Counted from the first letter of the stretch, positions 1-12,289 are shown. The stretch is DNA of 34,813 bases from Octopus bimaculoides (GCF_001194135.2 NC_068981.1:98929424-98964236); one strand, 5' to 3'. Notes: generated by a model from the sequence alone, not told the origin. Translations and numbers: made by a program.

Positions 1-1109
1 ATATATATATATACATACATACATACATACATACATATACGTATATATATTACATATGTTTCTACGTACTTGCATTTCGCATATATATATATATGCTTGC
101 ATGTATATGTGCATATAATTATATACTTATATGTGTGTTTGTGTATATATATGTATTTATAAATATATATGCATCCATACACACACACACATATACATAT
201 ATCATGTTTATTTCCCCAAGGATTCTATTGCATAAAAATATGTAAGCTTTCGGTAATTGCTTTCTCTGTTATTATTGTCTTCTGCAATAGAATTTCTTGT
301 GCTGAAATTTGCCTTCAGCTTACGTTTTCTTATTTATCTACTTATCTCTTGACCTACCAGATTATTTGTCTGCCCGCTTGTCTCATCTGCGTATACGTAT
401 AATGTGTGTGCACACATACACGTTTGCTTGTGTATGTGCTATTGCTGCTAATGCCGTGCGTACGTAGCATCGCCTTCAATGCTATTATCCTTAGCGTTGC
501 CGTAGCCACAGTCGTCTTTTTTCATCATCATTGACATTGTCATTATCGTCTGCTTTATCGTCACGATTTACTTTGCCATTATCGTCTGCTTTACTGTCAT
601 CTTTGCCTACATTCTTATCATCCTTATTTTTACCACCTGCTTCGTCGTAAACTTTCTTCAGAGAAGAACCATAAAACCTTTATAATGTGGATCCAATAAC
701 AAGGCCTGCTCCTATTCAACCAGAGAAAAGCCAGATTCGATTGGTCACCAAAATCCACGCTCTTATCTCTGAATATCAAAGATGCATTTTATGTGATAAA
801 CTCAATCCAATGTCTGGTTTGGCGCCATCACATTTTTCTTGGCTATCTTGAGCGGAGCATAGTATGTTGCAAGCATATTATTTTGGAATAATATTAATCT
901 TCTATTAATCTGTAGCGATATGCAACAAAAATATGAAAGCTGAACAGTCTATTCTGAAGCGCAAATCAGGATGATTTTGGGAGTATTTATCTGCCTTACG
1001 TTACTTAGCAAGTATGTACTTTGTTTTTACAGTTCTAATTTCCAGGAACGAAAATTCCATTTGAAGAAGGAATTTTAGCCCCGAAAACACTCACAAACGG
1101 TATTTTATT

Positions 1110-1200
1110 CTTTTCTTGAGTTCAGCCTTTGGACTGCTGTTGTACTGGGGTACCATCTTGAAGGATTTTAGTCGATTATATTGACAAAGTATTTTCCCAG
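1110..1200 (-). mobile_element. Decayed family A SINE 3' end
   Basis: ttcagcctttggactgctgttgtactggggtaccatcttgaaggattttagtcga is the reverse complement of the family A tail. Confidence 0.6.
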
Positions 1201-3194
1201 ACACCATGGTGGGTGAAAGGCAAAATCGGTCGGGCGTAAAAGAACATAACTTGCTAAGACAGATTAAAATATCACGAGGTATTTTAGTTGGATGCACCGA
1301 TTCAATCAGGCTACATCGATTCACACATATATACACATCTATAACTATATATCATTTTATGGCTCATACAAGAGAAAAAAGGGTTCTAACTACGAAGGCT
1401 AAACTTTTAAAGTTTATTTTATTTCATATGAAAATTTCACTCACCGTTACTCTGAATTTCACGTTTCCGATCTTCGTACGGCAGTAATTGTTGAACAGTG
1501 TACAATAAAAATATATAGCTTCTGTCATATAAAATATACGCGAAAATATATAAATATCATCTCGAGTCTTGTCTGGATGCTGAAGGGAGGAACCATCGTA
1601 TTATTGTATTCTAGTAATGAGCATTTATATGTTTAATACTTAATTTGTTTTTAAAGAGCATATGAGCATAAAGATTGTTATGTAATAAGAATATATGATA
1701 GAAAATTATAATTTATGCAACACTTATAGATATGTATATGAATTACACATAAGAATATAAATTTATAAAATAATAAACATACTTTATTCTTCATATTCAC
1801 GATTTTACTCTCTTTTTTACACACACGTACATAAGTCCCACACTCGCACACTCACATGTTTATACACACTTCTACTCGCATAGATTTACATACATACATG
1901 CATGCTTATATACATACATATATATATACACGTATATATTCCTTTATACATGAAATGTATTTAGACGAATTGAATTGGTAATTGATGGGTAAAGAATAAA
2001 AAATAGCTGATGAAACTTAAAAGTGACAGAAGATTTTTTTTTAAATGTTTATCTCATGTAAAATGTGTAGATTATGCGATAAATATATGATAAAAACCTT
2101 AAATTTATAGAAATTCGTTAAATAATATATCCTACAATTTAAATAATATAAATAAAATAAAATAGGAATAAAATAGAAATATCTGTACGCGTAGGAAAGC
2201 AATTATTAGTACAATACATAAAATGTCATGGTTTAATAATAATAATCTTTCAAGTTAAAGGCCTAATTCGTCTAATGAAGAAATGCTTTCTGTCTTTTCG
2301 AGATTTGAATTTAGGGTTAATAAATTTAGTATCATCTATATCACTAATATTTTATATGTCATTATTATTGTAATATGCGTTCCATTTTATCCTATTTAAA
2401 ACATCCTTAATATTATTGATTAATTATATGATGAATTGCTTTCTTGAGGGTATCGGAATATCCATCAAAGACGAATCCCAGTCTAGTGGTTCTATCTTGC
2501 CTGTAAGTTCCATAACAAACGAAAATTGGGAGTTGAAAATAATCAATTACGTTTATTATAAGTATATATATAGAAATATTATAATATTAGGGAATGTCAA
2601 AATCCAAACTTACAAGGATATTCAATTTAGTAATACCAAATTGAATTTTATAATAAAAAATATATTAATAATTTAGAGAAGACCCACCAAGATGCAATCC
2701 AAACAATGAAGGAGATCAGACACCATCAAGAAAAAACGTACTCTACAAAATACTGATTTAAAAATCTATAAAATCTAAAAGAAAAGTTTATAATCCATAA
2801 AATCTATAAAATATTCGATTAAAAATTTAATTCAATTTAGTAAGTTTATAAAAAAGAAAGTGAATTATAGACTACGCACGTTCGTGGCCACATTATAGTA
2901 GAAAAAATCTGTGCAATTTACAATAAATCGATCAAGATAAATTCCACTTAGAATGAAGTCACTCTTCAGGTCTTATAAATTCAATAAACGTATCCTACTA
3001 TTTCGTCTGCGACTGATATTTCTGGGTCTTTAAGCACTAAACGTCTTTACGAGATGCTCTCTCAAGACGAATACCGCAGTATTACGGCATTCTTACAATA
3101 CATCCACGTTAAGCAGTATATACAAATTGCTTTTCGGTGCTAATAGCGCTTCCCTCGCTAATATATATATATATATATATATATNNNNNNNNNN

Positions 3195-3234
<40 letters not shown>

Positions 3235-3299
3235 CGTGTGCACGCGCGCGTGTGTATTTAATGACCTACATTTTAAATGCAGGGTAAGTGTGTATTAGT

Positions 3300-4400
3300 A
3301 GTAATCTGGCAGACATGAGAAATAAGTTTAAAAGGCGATTCAGTAAAGTAGGCTCGACAGGGAAGATAATACATAAGCTAATGAACACCTTTAAACACAT
3401 GGGCTCCGTGCACGATAAAAAAATGTGGATGGCTACATATGTCAGAAGATAAACGTGATTGTAGTGAGTGAATCGAATTCTCAATGAGGATCCATGAACA
3501 TCTGTTTCCCTCAGCAACGCACAGACTCACATTTTCAAAATTCAGGAAATGTATTTGCATAAAGAGTGTTATCATTTGCAAATTTATCCTGAGATTTCCT
3601 GCAACAGGTGTAGCGCGTACTGCTTTGGAGAATGTATTCACAGTAAAAACTTTATGGAGAACATTTCCGTGATTAAGTAATATTCTATATGTGTTAAAGA
3701 GTAAATCACCACAACTGCCGTATTTGGACAGATGAACGTTCAAAGAACCTTGCTCAACATTTGGAAAGGGCCACGTCTAAGGTTAATGTCTGGATGGGTA
3801 TGACAAATCTAAGATTTATGGATATCGGTAATTTTTTACATGACCGATTTTTCGGCTAGCTGCATATTAAATAATAATCACTTTCGCGTTTCAACAAGAT
3901 TACACCCCTTGGCATTATGCCACAATTGTTAAGAATTATATTCACGATGTGGAGGCACGTGGCTTAGTGGTTAGAGTGTTGGACTCATGATCGTAAGATT
4001 GTGGTTTCGATTCCAGGACCGGGCAACGCGTTGTGTTCTTGAGCAAAACACTTCATTTCACGTTGCTCTAGTCCACTCAGCTGGCAAAAATGAGTAATCC
4101 TGCGACGGACGGGTGTCCCGTCCAGGTAGGGAAATAAATATATACGCCATGGAAACCGGGAAACCGGCCCTTATGAGTCTGTATGACTAGGGAAGGAACT
4201 TTACTTTTACCTTATTATATTCACGAAAGTTTTGAGGTCGATGAAATGGACAGACCAGTGCTGATGACATGGTGTGCAGCTGAAAATAACTCTGCTCACA
4301 TACCCGTGGTAACGTTAGAAAGTTTCTCCGTAAAAGTTATTCTCAATTTGAAACAAACACGTTGTTATTCTAAATCATTCATTGTTCAACGTGCAACAAT
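3300..4400 (+). mobile_element. Degraded Tc1/mariner-superfamily transposase (DUF4817-type HTH plus DDE/D domain), interrupted by a SINE
   Basis: Manual translation across frameshifts gives NKFKRRFSK..IHKLMNTFKHMGSVHDKK (HTH), ..SD*..RVNHHNCRIW..ER..SKVNVW (first catalytic D region), FQQDYTPWHYATIVKNYIH (second D, FQQDGAPPH-like) and, after the SINE, (H)ESF/GR*NG. Multiple stops and frameshifts. Confidence 0.85.
3948..4213 (+). mobile_element. tRNA-derived SINE (family C) with 13-bp target-site duplication
   Basis: tRNA-like head ggaggcacgtggcttagtggttagag..gtttcgattcc (A- and B-box-like) and central block tgtgttcttgagcaaaacacttcatttcacgttgctctagtccactcagctgg. Flanked by ATTATATTCACGA at 3935-3947 and 4214-4226. 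Confidence 0.9.
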
Positions 4401-4629
4401 CGTTCGTCAAGTTCACTGAAAATAAGTTCACCTGTGGCATGTGTAGACAGATGACTAAGAGACATGTCCTAATGTCGCTCTTATAAGTCTGAAAGTCAAG
4501 GTCAACCACACACAGTACTAAAGTCGTGAGTACTTGCAGTAACTGGTTGTTGCGCTGGTTTAAAAATTCGGTTTCTCTTTGGAGAAAGCTAATAATCTTG
4601 TAATTATTTAAAGGCACAAATGGAAACAT

Positions 4630-4716
<87 letters not shown>

Positions 4717-5036
4717 TATATACATGCATACATATTCGCACACACACGCGCACACAGATACACACGGACTCACACAAATAGACTCATCTCCTCAAGAATG
4801 TGTATTCATGTGACATATACACGCACAAAACGCAAGCAAATGACAATGCAATAAGGAGATTAGTGAAATTAAAATGAAAATACCTGAACTATAAAAGAGT
4901 CTAGGTCTAGAGGGTGTAGAATGTTATGTAATATAGTAACACACACTTATTAATAAAAGTATGTGGGTCAGTTTTCAGTGTTAGCTTTTAGGGAGGTCAG
5001 TCGGTATAAAATGCTTTACTAAGAAAATAAACATCG

Positions 5037-5111
<75 letters not shown>

Positions 5112-5564
5112 GGTGCTTTGCAAATGAAATCCCTTGAGCTATTCTTATTCTACATTGTATTACACATTCTGTCATTCTTGCTGTCAGTAAAAGCAATGAA
5201 CCCGTTATTTGTCCATTGGAAACATTTAACCAAAGACGCTGAAGTTCACAAATAATGCTATAAACTAATAATGAATATTAAATTTCACTTTTGTTTATTA
5301 AATGTCACACTTTGTTTAAAGTTTGCTATTATCCTTAATGATTTTTGTTTTATCCCCAACGACCATTGACATCTATAGTATCGTGGCCAGCTAATGAATG
5401 ACTATTAAAAAAACAAAAAAAAAACAGCATATTTTCCAGTTTTTTCATAACGATAAGATCTGTAACCATTAAAAAAAAAACTTTTAATTTCTTAAGGACC
5501 TAGATTGAAGCGCAATGAGTAAATCAATCTCTTGATTTATCAGTCATTTAAGCACTTGTGTTGT

Positions 5565-5620
5565 TGTTGGCACTCCGTCGCTTACGACGTCGAGGGTTCC
5601 AGTTGATCTGATCAACGGAA
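5565..5620 (-). mobile_element. Probable 3' tail of a SINE running into an assembly gap
   Basis: ttgttgttggcactccgtcgcttacgacgtcgagggttccagttgat matches a tail I recall from octopod SINEs; no second copy in this window to confirm it. Confidence 0.45.
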
Positions 5621-6319
5621 NNNNNNNNNNNNNNNNNNNNNNNNNNNNNNNNNNNNNNNNNNNNNNNNNNNNNNNNNNNNNNNNNNNNNNNNNNNNNNNN
5701 NNNNNNNNNNNNNNNNNNNNNNNNNNNNNNNNNNNNNNNNNNNNNNNNNNNNNNNNNNNNNNNNNNNNNNNNNNNNNNNNNNNNNNNNNNNNNNNNNNNN
5801 NNNNNNNNNNNNNNNNNNNNNNNNNNNNNNNNNNNNNNNNNNNNNNNNNNNNNNNNNNNNNNNNNNNNNNNNNNNNNNNNNNNNNNNNNNNNNNNNNNNN
5901 NNNNNNNNNNNNNNNNNNNNNNNNNNNNNNNNNNNNNNNNNNNNNNNNNNNNNNNNNNNNNNNNNNNNNNNNNNNNNNNNNNNNNNNNNNNNNNNNNNNN
6001 NNNNNNNNNNNNNNNNNNNNNNNNNNNNNNNNNNNNNNNNNNNNNNNNNNNNNNNNNNNNNNNNNNNNNNNNNNNNNNNNNNNNNNNNNNNNNNNNNNNN
6101 NNNNNNNNNNNNNNNNNNNNNNNNNNNNNNNNNNNNNNNNNNNNNNNNNNNNNNNNNNNNNNNNNNNNNNNNNNNNNNNNNNNNNNNNNNNNNNNNNNNN
6201 NNNNNNNNNNNNNNNNNNNNNNNNNNNNNNNNNNNNNNNNNNNNNNNNNNNNNNNNNNNNNNNNNNNNNNNNNNNNNNNNNNNNNNNNNNNNNNNNNNNN
6301 NNNNNNNNNNNNNNNNNNN

Positions 6320-6377
<58 letters not shown>

Positions 6378-6379
<2 letters not shown>

Positions 6380-6604
6380 GGGAGGCGAGCTGGTAAAATC
6401 GTTAGCGCACCGGGAAAAATGCTTAGCTGCATTTACGTTCAGAGTTTAAATTCCGCCGTGGTCGACTTTGCCTTTCAACCTCTCGGAGTCGATGAAATAA
6501 GTAGTAGTTGAACACTGGAATCAGTGTAACCGACTTGTCCCTTCCCCGAACTTGCTGGCCTTGTGCCAAAATTTGAAATCGTTATTATTATTATTATTAT
6601 TATT
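6378..6604 (+). mobile_element. tRNA-derived SINE (family B) with (TAT)n tail
   Basis: ggaggcgagctggtaaaatcgttagcgcaccggg..gagtttaaattccgccgtggtcgactttgcctttca..ggccttgtgccaaaatttgaaa(tat)n. Homologous copies at 21011-21229 (-), 27124-27282 (+), 14065-14137 (3' part) and 7187-7214 (head remnant). Confidence 0.88.
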
Positions 6605-6740
6605 GAGTGAGAGAGCAGTGCATGCCATCAAAGTGACAGTGGGGTAAAATATACGAAGCCCAATATACCCATCATGACTACCCGTCTGATAAGGGTACAC
6701 CAGGCACTACTACTACTATTATTATTATTATTATTATTTT

Positions 6741-7082
6741 ATTGCCTTTGCACAGCTTCTAACGCTAGAGATGTACTACGGTGTCAGCTGTTAACTACTA
6801 GTGAACTAAGGTAAAATCCCTTATTTTTCGAGCACCATCCAGAGTATTCGAGCGGTTCCAAGCAGTGCTGTTTTCTGCAAGTGCTCCACCCTTATTGCAG
6901 CCCCTATTTGTTCCATGTACTTCCTCGGGGCTCCGACAATTATTGGTACTACTACCACCTTTTTTTACCAACCACAACTGCTTAACCTCCCAAGCCAACC
7001 AATCATATCTATCGACTTTTCTTTCTTCCTTATCGCATACCTTGTCAGCTGGGCATGCTATATCTATGATCCAGCATCATTT
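6741..7082 (-). mobile_element. 3' fragment of an R4/Dong-like non-LTR retrotransposon (restriction-like endonuclease C-terminus)
   Basis: Minus-strand translation with frameshifts: IIDIACPADKVCDKEE/KVDRYDWLAWEVKQLWLVK/VVVVPIIVGA/..EHLQKTALLGTARILWMVLEK*. This is the typical REL-endonuclease end. Flanked on both sides by (TAA)n arrays. Confidence 0.82.
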
Positions 7083-7092
7083 GATTATTATT

Positions 7093-7167
<75 letters not shown>

Positions 7168-8707
7168 TTCAAGGCTTTGAGCTAACAAAACCGTTGAATC
7201 GTTAGCACACCGGGTATCGATCTAATTGGGACATCCATCCTACTACTAATTTTAATATCGTACTATCGAGATTTGTTTATGTAATAATTAGCCTATACAC
7301 CGTCCAGTTATAGAAGCTCTACATTCTTGAAAAGTTTAGAAGTAATATGGTAGACACTTAACTAGAAAGCGACCAGGAGATATGGATGACAATATCCCTT
7401 TTTGACAAATAATGTTTTAGAGTGAGAATATTTGCTTCTTATTGCTCGTCATTTGTCGGATATCTTCAGTTGATTGAATATCTGAGTGCCATTCTGGTAA
7501 GTCAAGTGAGTCAAGAATGCACTAAGAACATTTGACTGGACATAGAGATAGAGTACTGTTTAGAATGGGAAATCTGCAGATGCAGTTCCAGGTCGGGACT
7601 AATCAAGAAGACCAAGTTCATCCATCTTTAACAGAGTAGAGTGATATTTGAAGGAGATTCAGTTGTTAATTTTAGCAGGTCGAGCTAACTGGAACAGAGG
7701 AGATCAATCTCAACAGCGTCATTCAGCAGACGACGAGACAGCAAACGACGAGAACTGAGAGGTGAGACTTTAAATGTTGACAAGAATTCGAAGAAGATAT
7801 GTTAGTGGAATTTTCAGAACCTGGTTTTTGTGGCCCCCTCTCAGTTGTTTCTCAAGTTTAGTTAAGATGTATTCTTAGTTGAAATAACTAAGTCAAACTA
7901 TAAGGAGTTATAATAGATCCTGAATTACTACTGAATGTATATATGAATATTATACTGTATGAACTTCACAACTTCTCAGTTTCTCTCCCTTTTAAATCTT
8001 ATACTTTTTATCGTTTGTAAGGAATTAATATTTTCTGCCTAAATACTCAAACGCTGCAAATAATAGACCAAAGTAATTTTCAGAAGCAAGAGCTCTTGGA
8101 ACTTGGCCATTTGACCGCACCCACCCACCAACAATGTTGGAAAAAATACAATTACTTTTGGAAAGGATCGCGAATATTATTCCCTTTTCCCACCTCTTTT
8201 AAAATATTCACGTTTGATGATTGTTCTCGTGGACGATTTCTTTTTGTTTTGTTAGTTGCGTACGATTAGCAGTAAGATTGTTTAATGAATTTCGTAGATA
8301 TGATTAAAAGAGAAAAATGATATAATCAGTGAATTTCTGAGAGCAGGGTGGTTATTCATGGACCTTAACAGATATCTCTCAAAGGTGCAGACGACATAGA
8401 GTAAGAATGCTTGGGATGATGGATTTCTTTATACAAATACTAACATGAAAAGAAAGCAAGAATGAAAAAAAGGGAGAAAAACACAAAAGAATTATATATA
8501 AAAAAGGAAAGGTACAAAGAAGAAAAATAAAATTAAACGATGATAGAAAAATGAGGAGAAAATCTTCTAAAAGAAAACGAAAACAAATAGAAGAAACAGA
8601 AGAGGAGAAAGAAGAAAACAAGAGAAAAATGAACTGTTTATCGACATTTAATCTTTTTATTTCATAACGTTGAGATAGTAAAATAAGATAGTAAATATAA
8701 ATAAACC

Positions 8708-8870
8708 CAGGCACAGACATAACTATGGCATAAAGAAGTTTGCTTTGTAACCACGTGGTTCTCACTTCGTTCTCTTAGCGTGGTACGTTGATCAACATTC
8801 TTCGACTATAGTCTCAGTTTGACAAATGCCTCATAAGAGGAATTTTGTAAACGGATTGCTGTACAGGAGC
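8708..8870 (+). mobile_element. Decayed family A SINE head
   Basis: aggcacagacataactatggcataaagaagtttgctttgtaaccacgtggttctc.. aligns by eye with 13779-13935. Confidence 0.6.
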
Positions 8871-9072
8871 ACATCGTGCGTCGTGCATGTGTGTACACAA
8901 ACCGATATGCATATATATGTGTGTGTGTGTGCGAGTATTTAAATATCTACCAAATATTTTGGTAAAATAAGTATTGTAACTGTTACCAAAGTAGCAAAAT
9001 TCTCACATGAAAAGTTGTTTATACTTTGTTTAAATATAATGACTTTCGTATAGGTGATACAATTTTGGGTGC

Positions 9073-9361
9073 ATATCAATTGAAATAAGAGCCATGACGC
9101 AATCCTATATATTAATAAATCTTGATCATTATCCTATGCGCATTTCGATGCAACATCCCGACTGACTCTTGTCTGAGATAAGAAATTAGGGCCTTCCATC
9201 TCTTCAGGGTCAAGTTACTTTAATTCACAAAAAGATGGAAGGCCCTAATTTCTTATCTCAGACAAGAGCGAGTCGGGATCTTGCATCGAAATGCGCATAG
9301 GATAATAAACAAGTTTTATTAATATATAGGATTGCGTCATGGCTCTTATTTCAATTGATAT
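9073..9361. repeat. Long inverted repeat (foldback): 129-bp arms, 31-nt spacer
   Basis: Left arm 9073-9201 is the reverse complement of right arm 9233-9361, with 6 mismatches counted by eye (about 95%). The right end runs into a (TA)n tract. Confidence 0.97.
9129..9213 (-). ncRNA. Minimal type-I hammerhead ribozyme motif (Penelope-like/retrozyme type) with palindromic helix III
   Basis: Minus strand reads UUGACC-CUGAAGA-GAUG[46 nt]CAUC-GAAA-UGCGCAU-A|GGAUAA. All core nucleotides are present: CUGANGA (plus 9201-9207), GAAA (9143-9146), G10.1-C11.1 helix II closure, AUA cleavage triplet. Helix III is the palindrome AUGCGCAU (9136-9143). Helix I is 6 bp with one A-A mismatch and one G-U pair. 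Confidence 0.72.
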
Positions 9362-9954
9362 ATATATATATATATATATATATACCAGAGTAAGTGCATA
9401 AATGTGAAACAAGGTGGGGAAAAATAGTACTCGAATACCGGAGGTAGATGAATATGTTTTATTATTAAAGCTGCAAAAACATCATAAATGTGATGCTGAC
9501 TGGTGAACCAGTTTTTTGGGGTTGCATCGAGCTGTACCAATATAATGTAGGATAAATATAATAATAATAACAATAATCCTGCGCGCATTTCCACAATACA
9601 TGTGTCTCTTAAGATCACAGTCCGTATCCTGGGATGATTACGGTGTAGTCCGTAGGATCCGCGGCTAGTGGGTAGATCATCAGCATGGATTCATTTCTTC
9701 AGGCGATAAAACATTAAGGGATGTTTAACTGAGGGCTGTTTATCCCTTTTGACCAGTGAGGAGGTTGATTGAGTTCTGTGGGTATTTCTGTGTATACTTT
9801 GTGAGAAGGAGGAGGAGAAAGTGATGGAAAAAAGCGAAAGGAATGGTAGTTATATGGAGATGGAGGTGCGTGTGGTGATGTTGGACTTACTTTGCTATTC
9901 AGTCAGCAGATGTCAAGGATGGGTAGTATATTCCTTTGTTCGATCTCATATACA

Positions 9955-10262
9955 TACTTTGGGATTGAAAGCTATACTAATCACTAGAGAGGACGCTATT
10001 GCGTAGTACCAAAGATCCCGCCATCTCCGTCCAGAGTAAAGAACCCAATATTGTTACAGTTTAAAGTTCAAAAGTCCAAAACTTTTCAATATATTGCCAA
10101 AAGGCCTCAGAGGTCCATAAGATGTAGATGTGGATGTGTTCAACTGGACCAATTTTTTATGTAATATGCCAGAGGAACCCACACCATGATAAGAAATATA
10201 AAGAGAGGCAGTTCTGTTCAACCCACTACTTCATCAGGCCGATTCCGGAATCAAAACCAGCC
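9955..10262 (+). mobile_element. 3' ORF2 fragment of a CR1/L2-group LINE
   Basis: GIESYTNH*RGRYCVVPKIPPSPSRVK/SLKFKSPKLFNILPKGLRGP*DVDVDVF..FLCNMPEEPT; LFNxLP..DxFL..xPDEP is the typical post-RT C-terminus. Confidence 0.7.
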
Positions 10263-10682
10263 AGTGAGTTTAAAATACGCAAACATTGGCGTTAATGGTG
10301 ATACCTTTGAATGGTCATAGCCTCAAACTGAAACTGGTAATAGAATAATGGAATATATGTTAGTGCGTTTGTCTGTACCCGTAATTATGTTTATGCGTTT
10401 AACCGCTGGTCACAAAACAAACAAACAAATAATTTGATTAATACAAACAAACAAAACAAAAACAAGAAAACCAGTGTTGTCTTAAAATTGTAAATTAACC
10501 CATCGATAATATGTAAATCGATAAAAACATTACTTGAATGAAATAACTATTTGGAATCACTATAAACTATTAAATAAATAAAAATCCTGAACACAATACC
10601 CCAACAAAGACTCTATCCAAAGTGATTAAACACCTGAAATCATAATTGCCTAAAGAAACCATCACTGTTACGTCATATAAAC

Positions 10683-11154
10683 CAGTGTTTCTCAACAGAA
10701 AAGGGGCTTTAAGGAACGAAAAAGAGGCTTAAAAAGTGCCACGTTTAATACAATTAATAATTTTAAACTCTTCAAAATTGTCCAACATCGTATATAGAAA
10801 AAAGAATGATTTGTTTATCTGTTTAATTGCATAAATCAGATATATCCACTCAAAATTTCATTACACTTTACTGCGCAAAGCAATTTTATATACCAATCTA
10901 TCTTTTGTCGAGGAACTTCATGTTTAAAACTATTTCTTGATAAGATGTTTACTGAGATAAAGCCACTTGAAGAAAATACCAGTTCTATTTTTGATAGATA
11001 TTTAACATCATTACTGGGATAATTATGAAATTTAATTTCACTGTTAAAGGGTTAAACTCTATTTTGTTTCCTCACTGGTAGAAAAGGTGAGTTTCGCTAA
11101 TTTATATTTTTAAAGGAGGAGATTGGTCTGGTATGTGTCCGTTGAAAAGTGCTG
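10683..11154. mobile_element. Possible old non-autonomous hAT (Charlie-like) element
   Basis: Left end CAGTGTTTCTCAAC; right end GTTGAAAAGTGCTG (10/14 match as an inverted repeat); flanking 8-mers ATATAAAC and ATCTAAAT (6/8), consistent with a decayed 8-bp TSD. Confidence 0.45.
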
Positions 11155-11793
11155 ATCTAAATTGTTAATTATAAGTATAATTTGAACCCACTTCTCTCAA
11201 TCATTTCGAGAGAGCTTGGCGAACAGATGAGAGAACCACTACGCGGTCGCTCAGTTTGCTAGAGATAAAAGTCAAATTTGCCTCAAACTCACACCCTGCT
11301 CTTTAAAAACAAAACAAAACAAAAAAAAAAGGTCAGATTGGACAATATAGCCCCTTGAGACACAAAATAACAGGTTAGTCACAACTGGAACACTACAACA
11401 ACAACAGCAACGGCAATAACAACATCTTCGGCACCCCTCTTTAAACACACCATATAAGAAGACTTGAACAGATTGTAAAAATTCTGTACGGTTGATTCAT
11501 TTGTAAGAATCCCACTACAAGCAGTCGTCGTCTGTGTCTTGCTGTGCAATGCTCTGCTATACAACATGTAGACGTAATGAGATCCTCTTTAAGATATACA
11601 AATTGTCTGATATAGATAGAGAAAACCGAAACACATCAAACAAAACAAAACTTAATTGGATTTCAGGGAAATTAATGAGGCAAAATACGGCAGAAAATCT
11701 AGATTAGGTGTTTGTCAGTGTGCGTGTATATGTGTGATTAGGTGTATGTGTGGGCACACACATTTGTGTGTGTGTGTGCGTTTGGGTGCGTGC

Positions 11794-11896
<103 letters not shown>

Positions 11897-12289
11897 CGTG
11901 CTAAATCGAAAGTTGTTGTTTAATTCAAGGTCAGTCATGATGGAGCAGACTAAAGGCGTCCCGGAAGTGACCATCTTCTTTTTTTTTGCGTAATTTGAAC
12001 TATAATCATTTAATGTGTCATTTCTTTTTTAGATACTGTAGATTTGAAATGATGGATATTTGACCGCTGAATCTAGCAGCTTGAGAGAACACATTGAAGT
12101 TTCCGACGTATGGTAATATTGTCACTTACACATTACACGTATATTACATACAACACAGCTATACACGGGCAATCAAATACGCACAAACACAAACATACGT
12201 ACATCCGAAACATACGCATGCAAACATCCGAACGAGTTTTATTTTCAAACACTAGTGAAGTAGAATAGACTTATTAGTTGCTGAAATGT

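Noticed and set aside
700-790. Short similarity to the L2-like LINE at 17745-17790 (aagagcgtggatttt..gaccaat)
   Set aside because: Too short and decayed to call; possibly a LINE remnant on the plus strand.
971-1078. 35-aa ORF MILGVFICLTLLSKYV.. resembling a signal-peptide exon, with possible donor AA|GTATGT at 1011/1012
   Set aside because: Too short, hydrophobicity is expected from T-rich DNA, and there is no downstream exon or homology evidence.
2008-2035. CTGATGA followed by an act-taaa-agt hairpin
   Set aside because: GAAA is replaced by GACA and no helix III or helix I can form; not a hammerhead.
3378-3777. Minus-strand ORF with an apparent GTGAGT donor
   Set aside because: It is the antisense shadow of the plus-strand Tc1/mariner transposase.
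3948-4030. tRNA genes at SINE heads
   Set aside because: A- and B-box-like sequences are followed by SINE bodies, and I could not fold a complete cloverleaf; treated as SINEs.
9640-9720. Minus-strand CUGAAGA and CUGAUGA motifs
   Set aside because: No helix II closing onto GAAA and no NUH helix III downstream.
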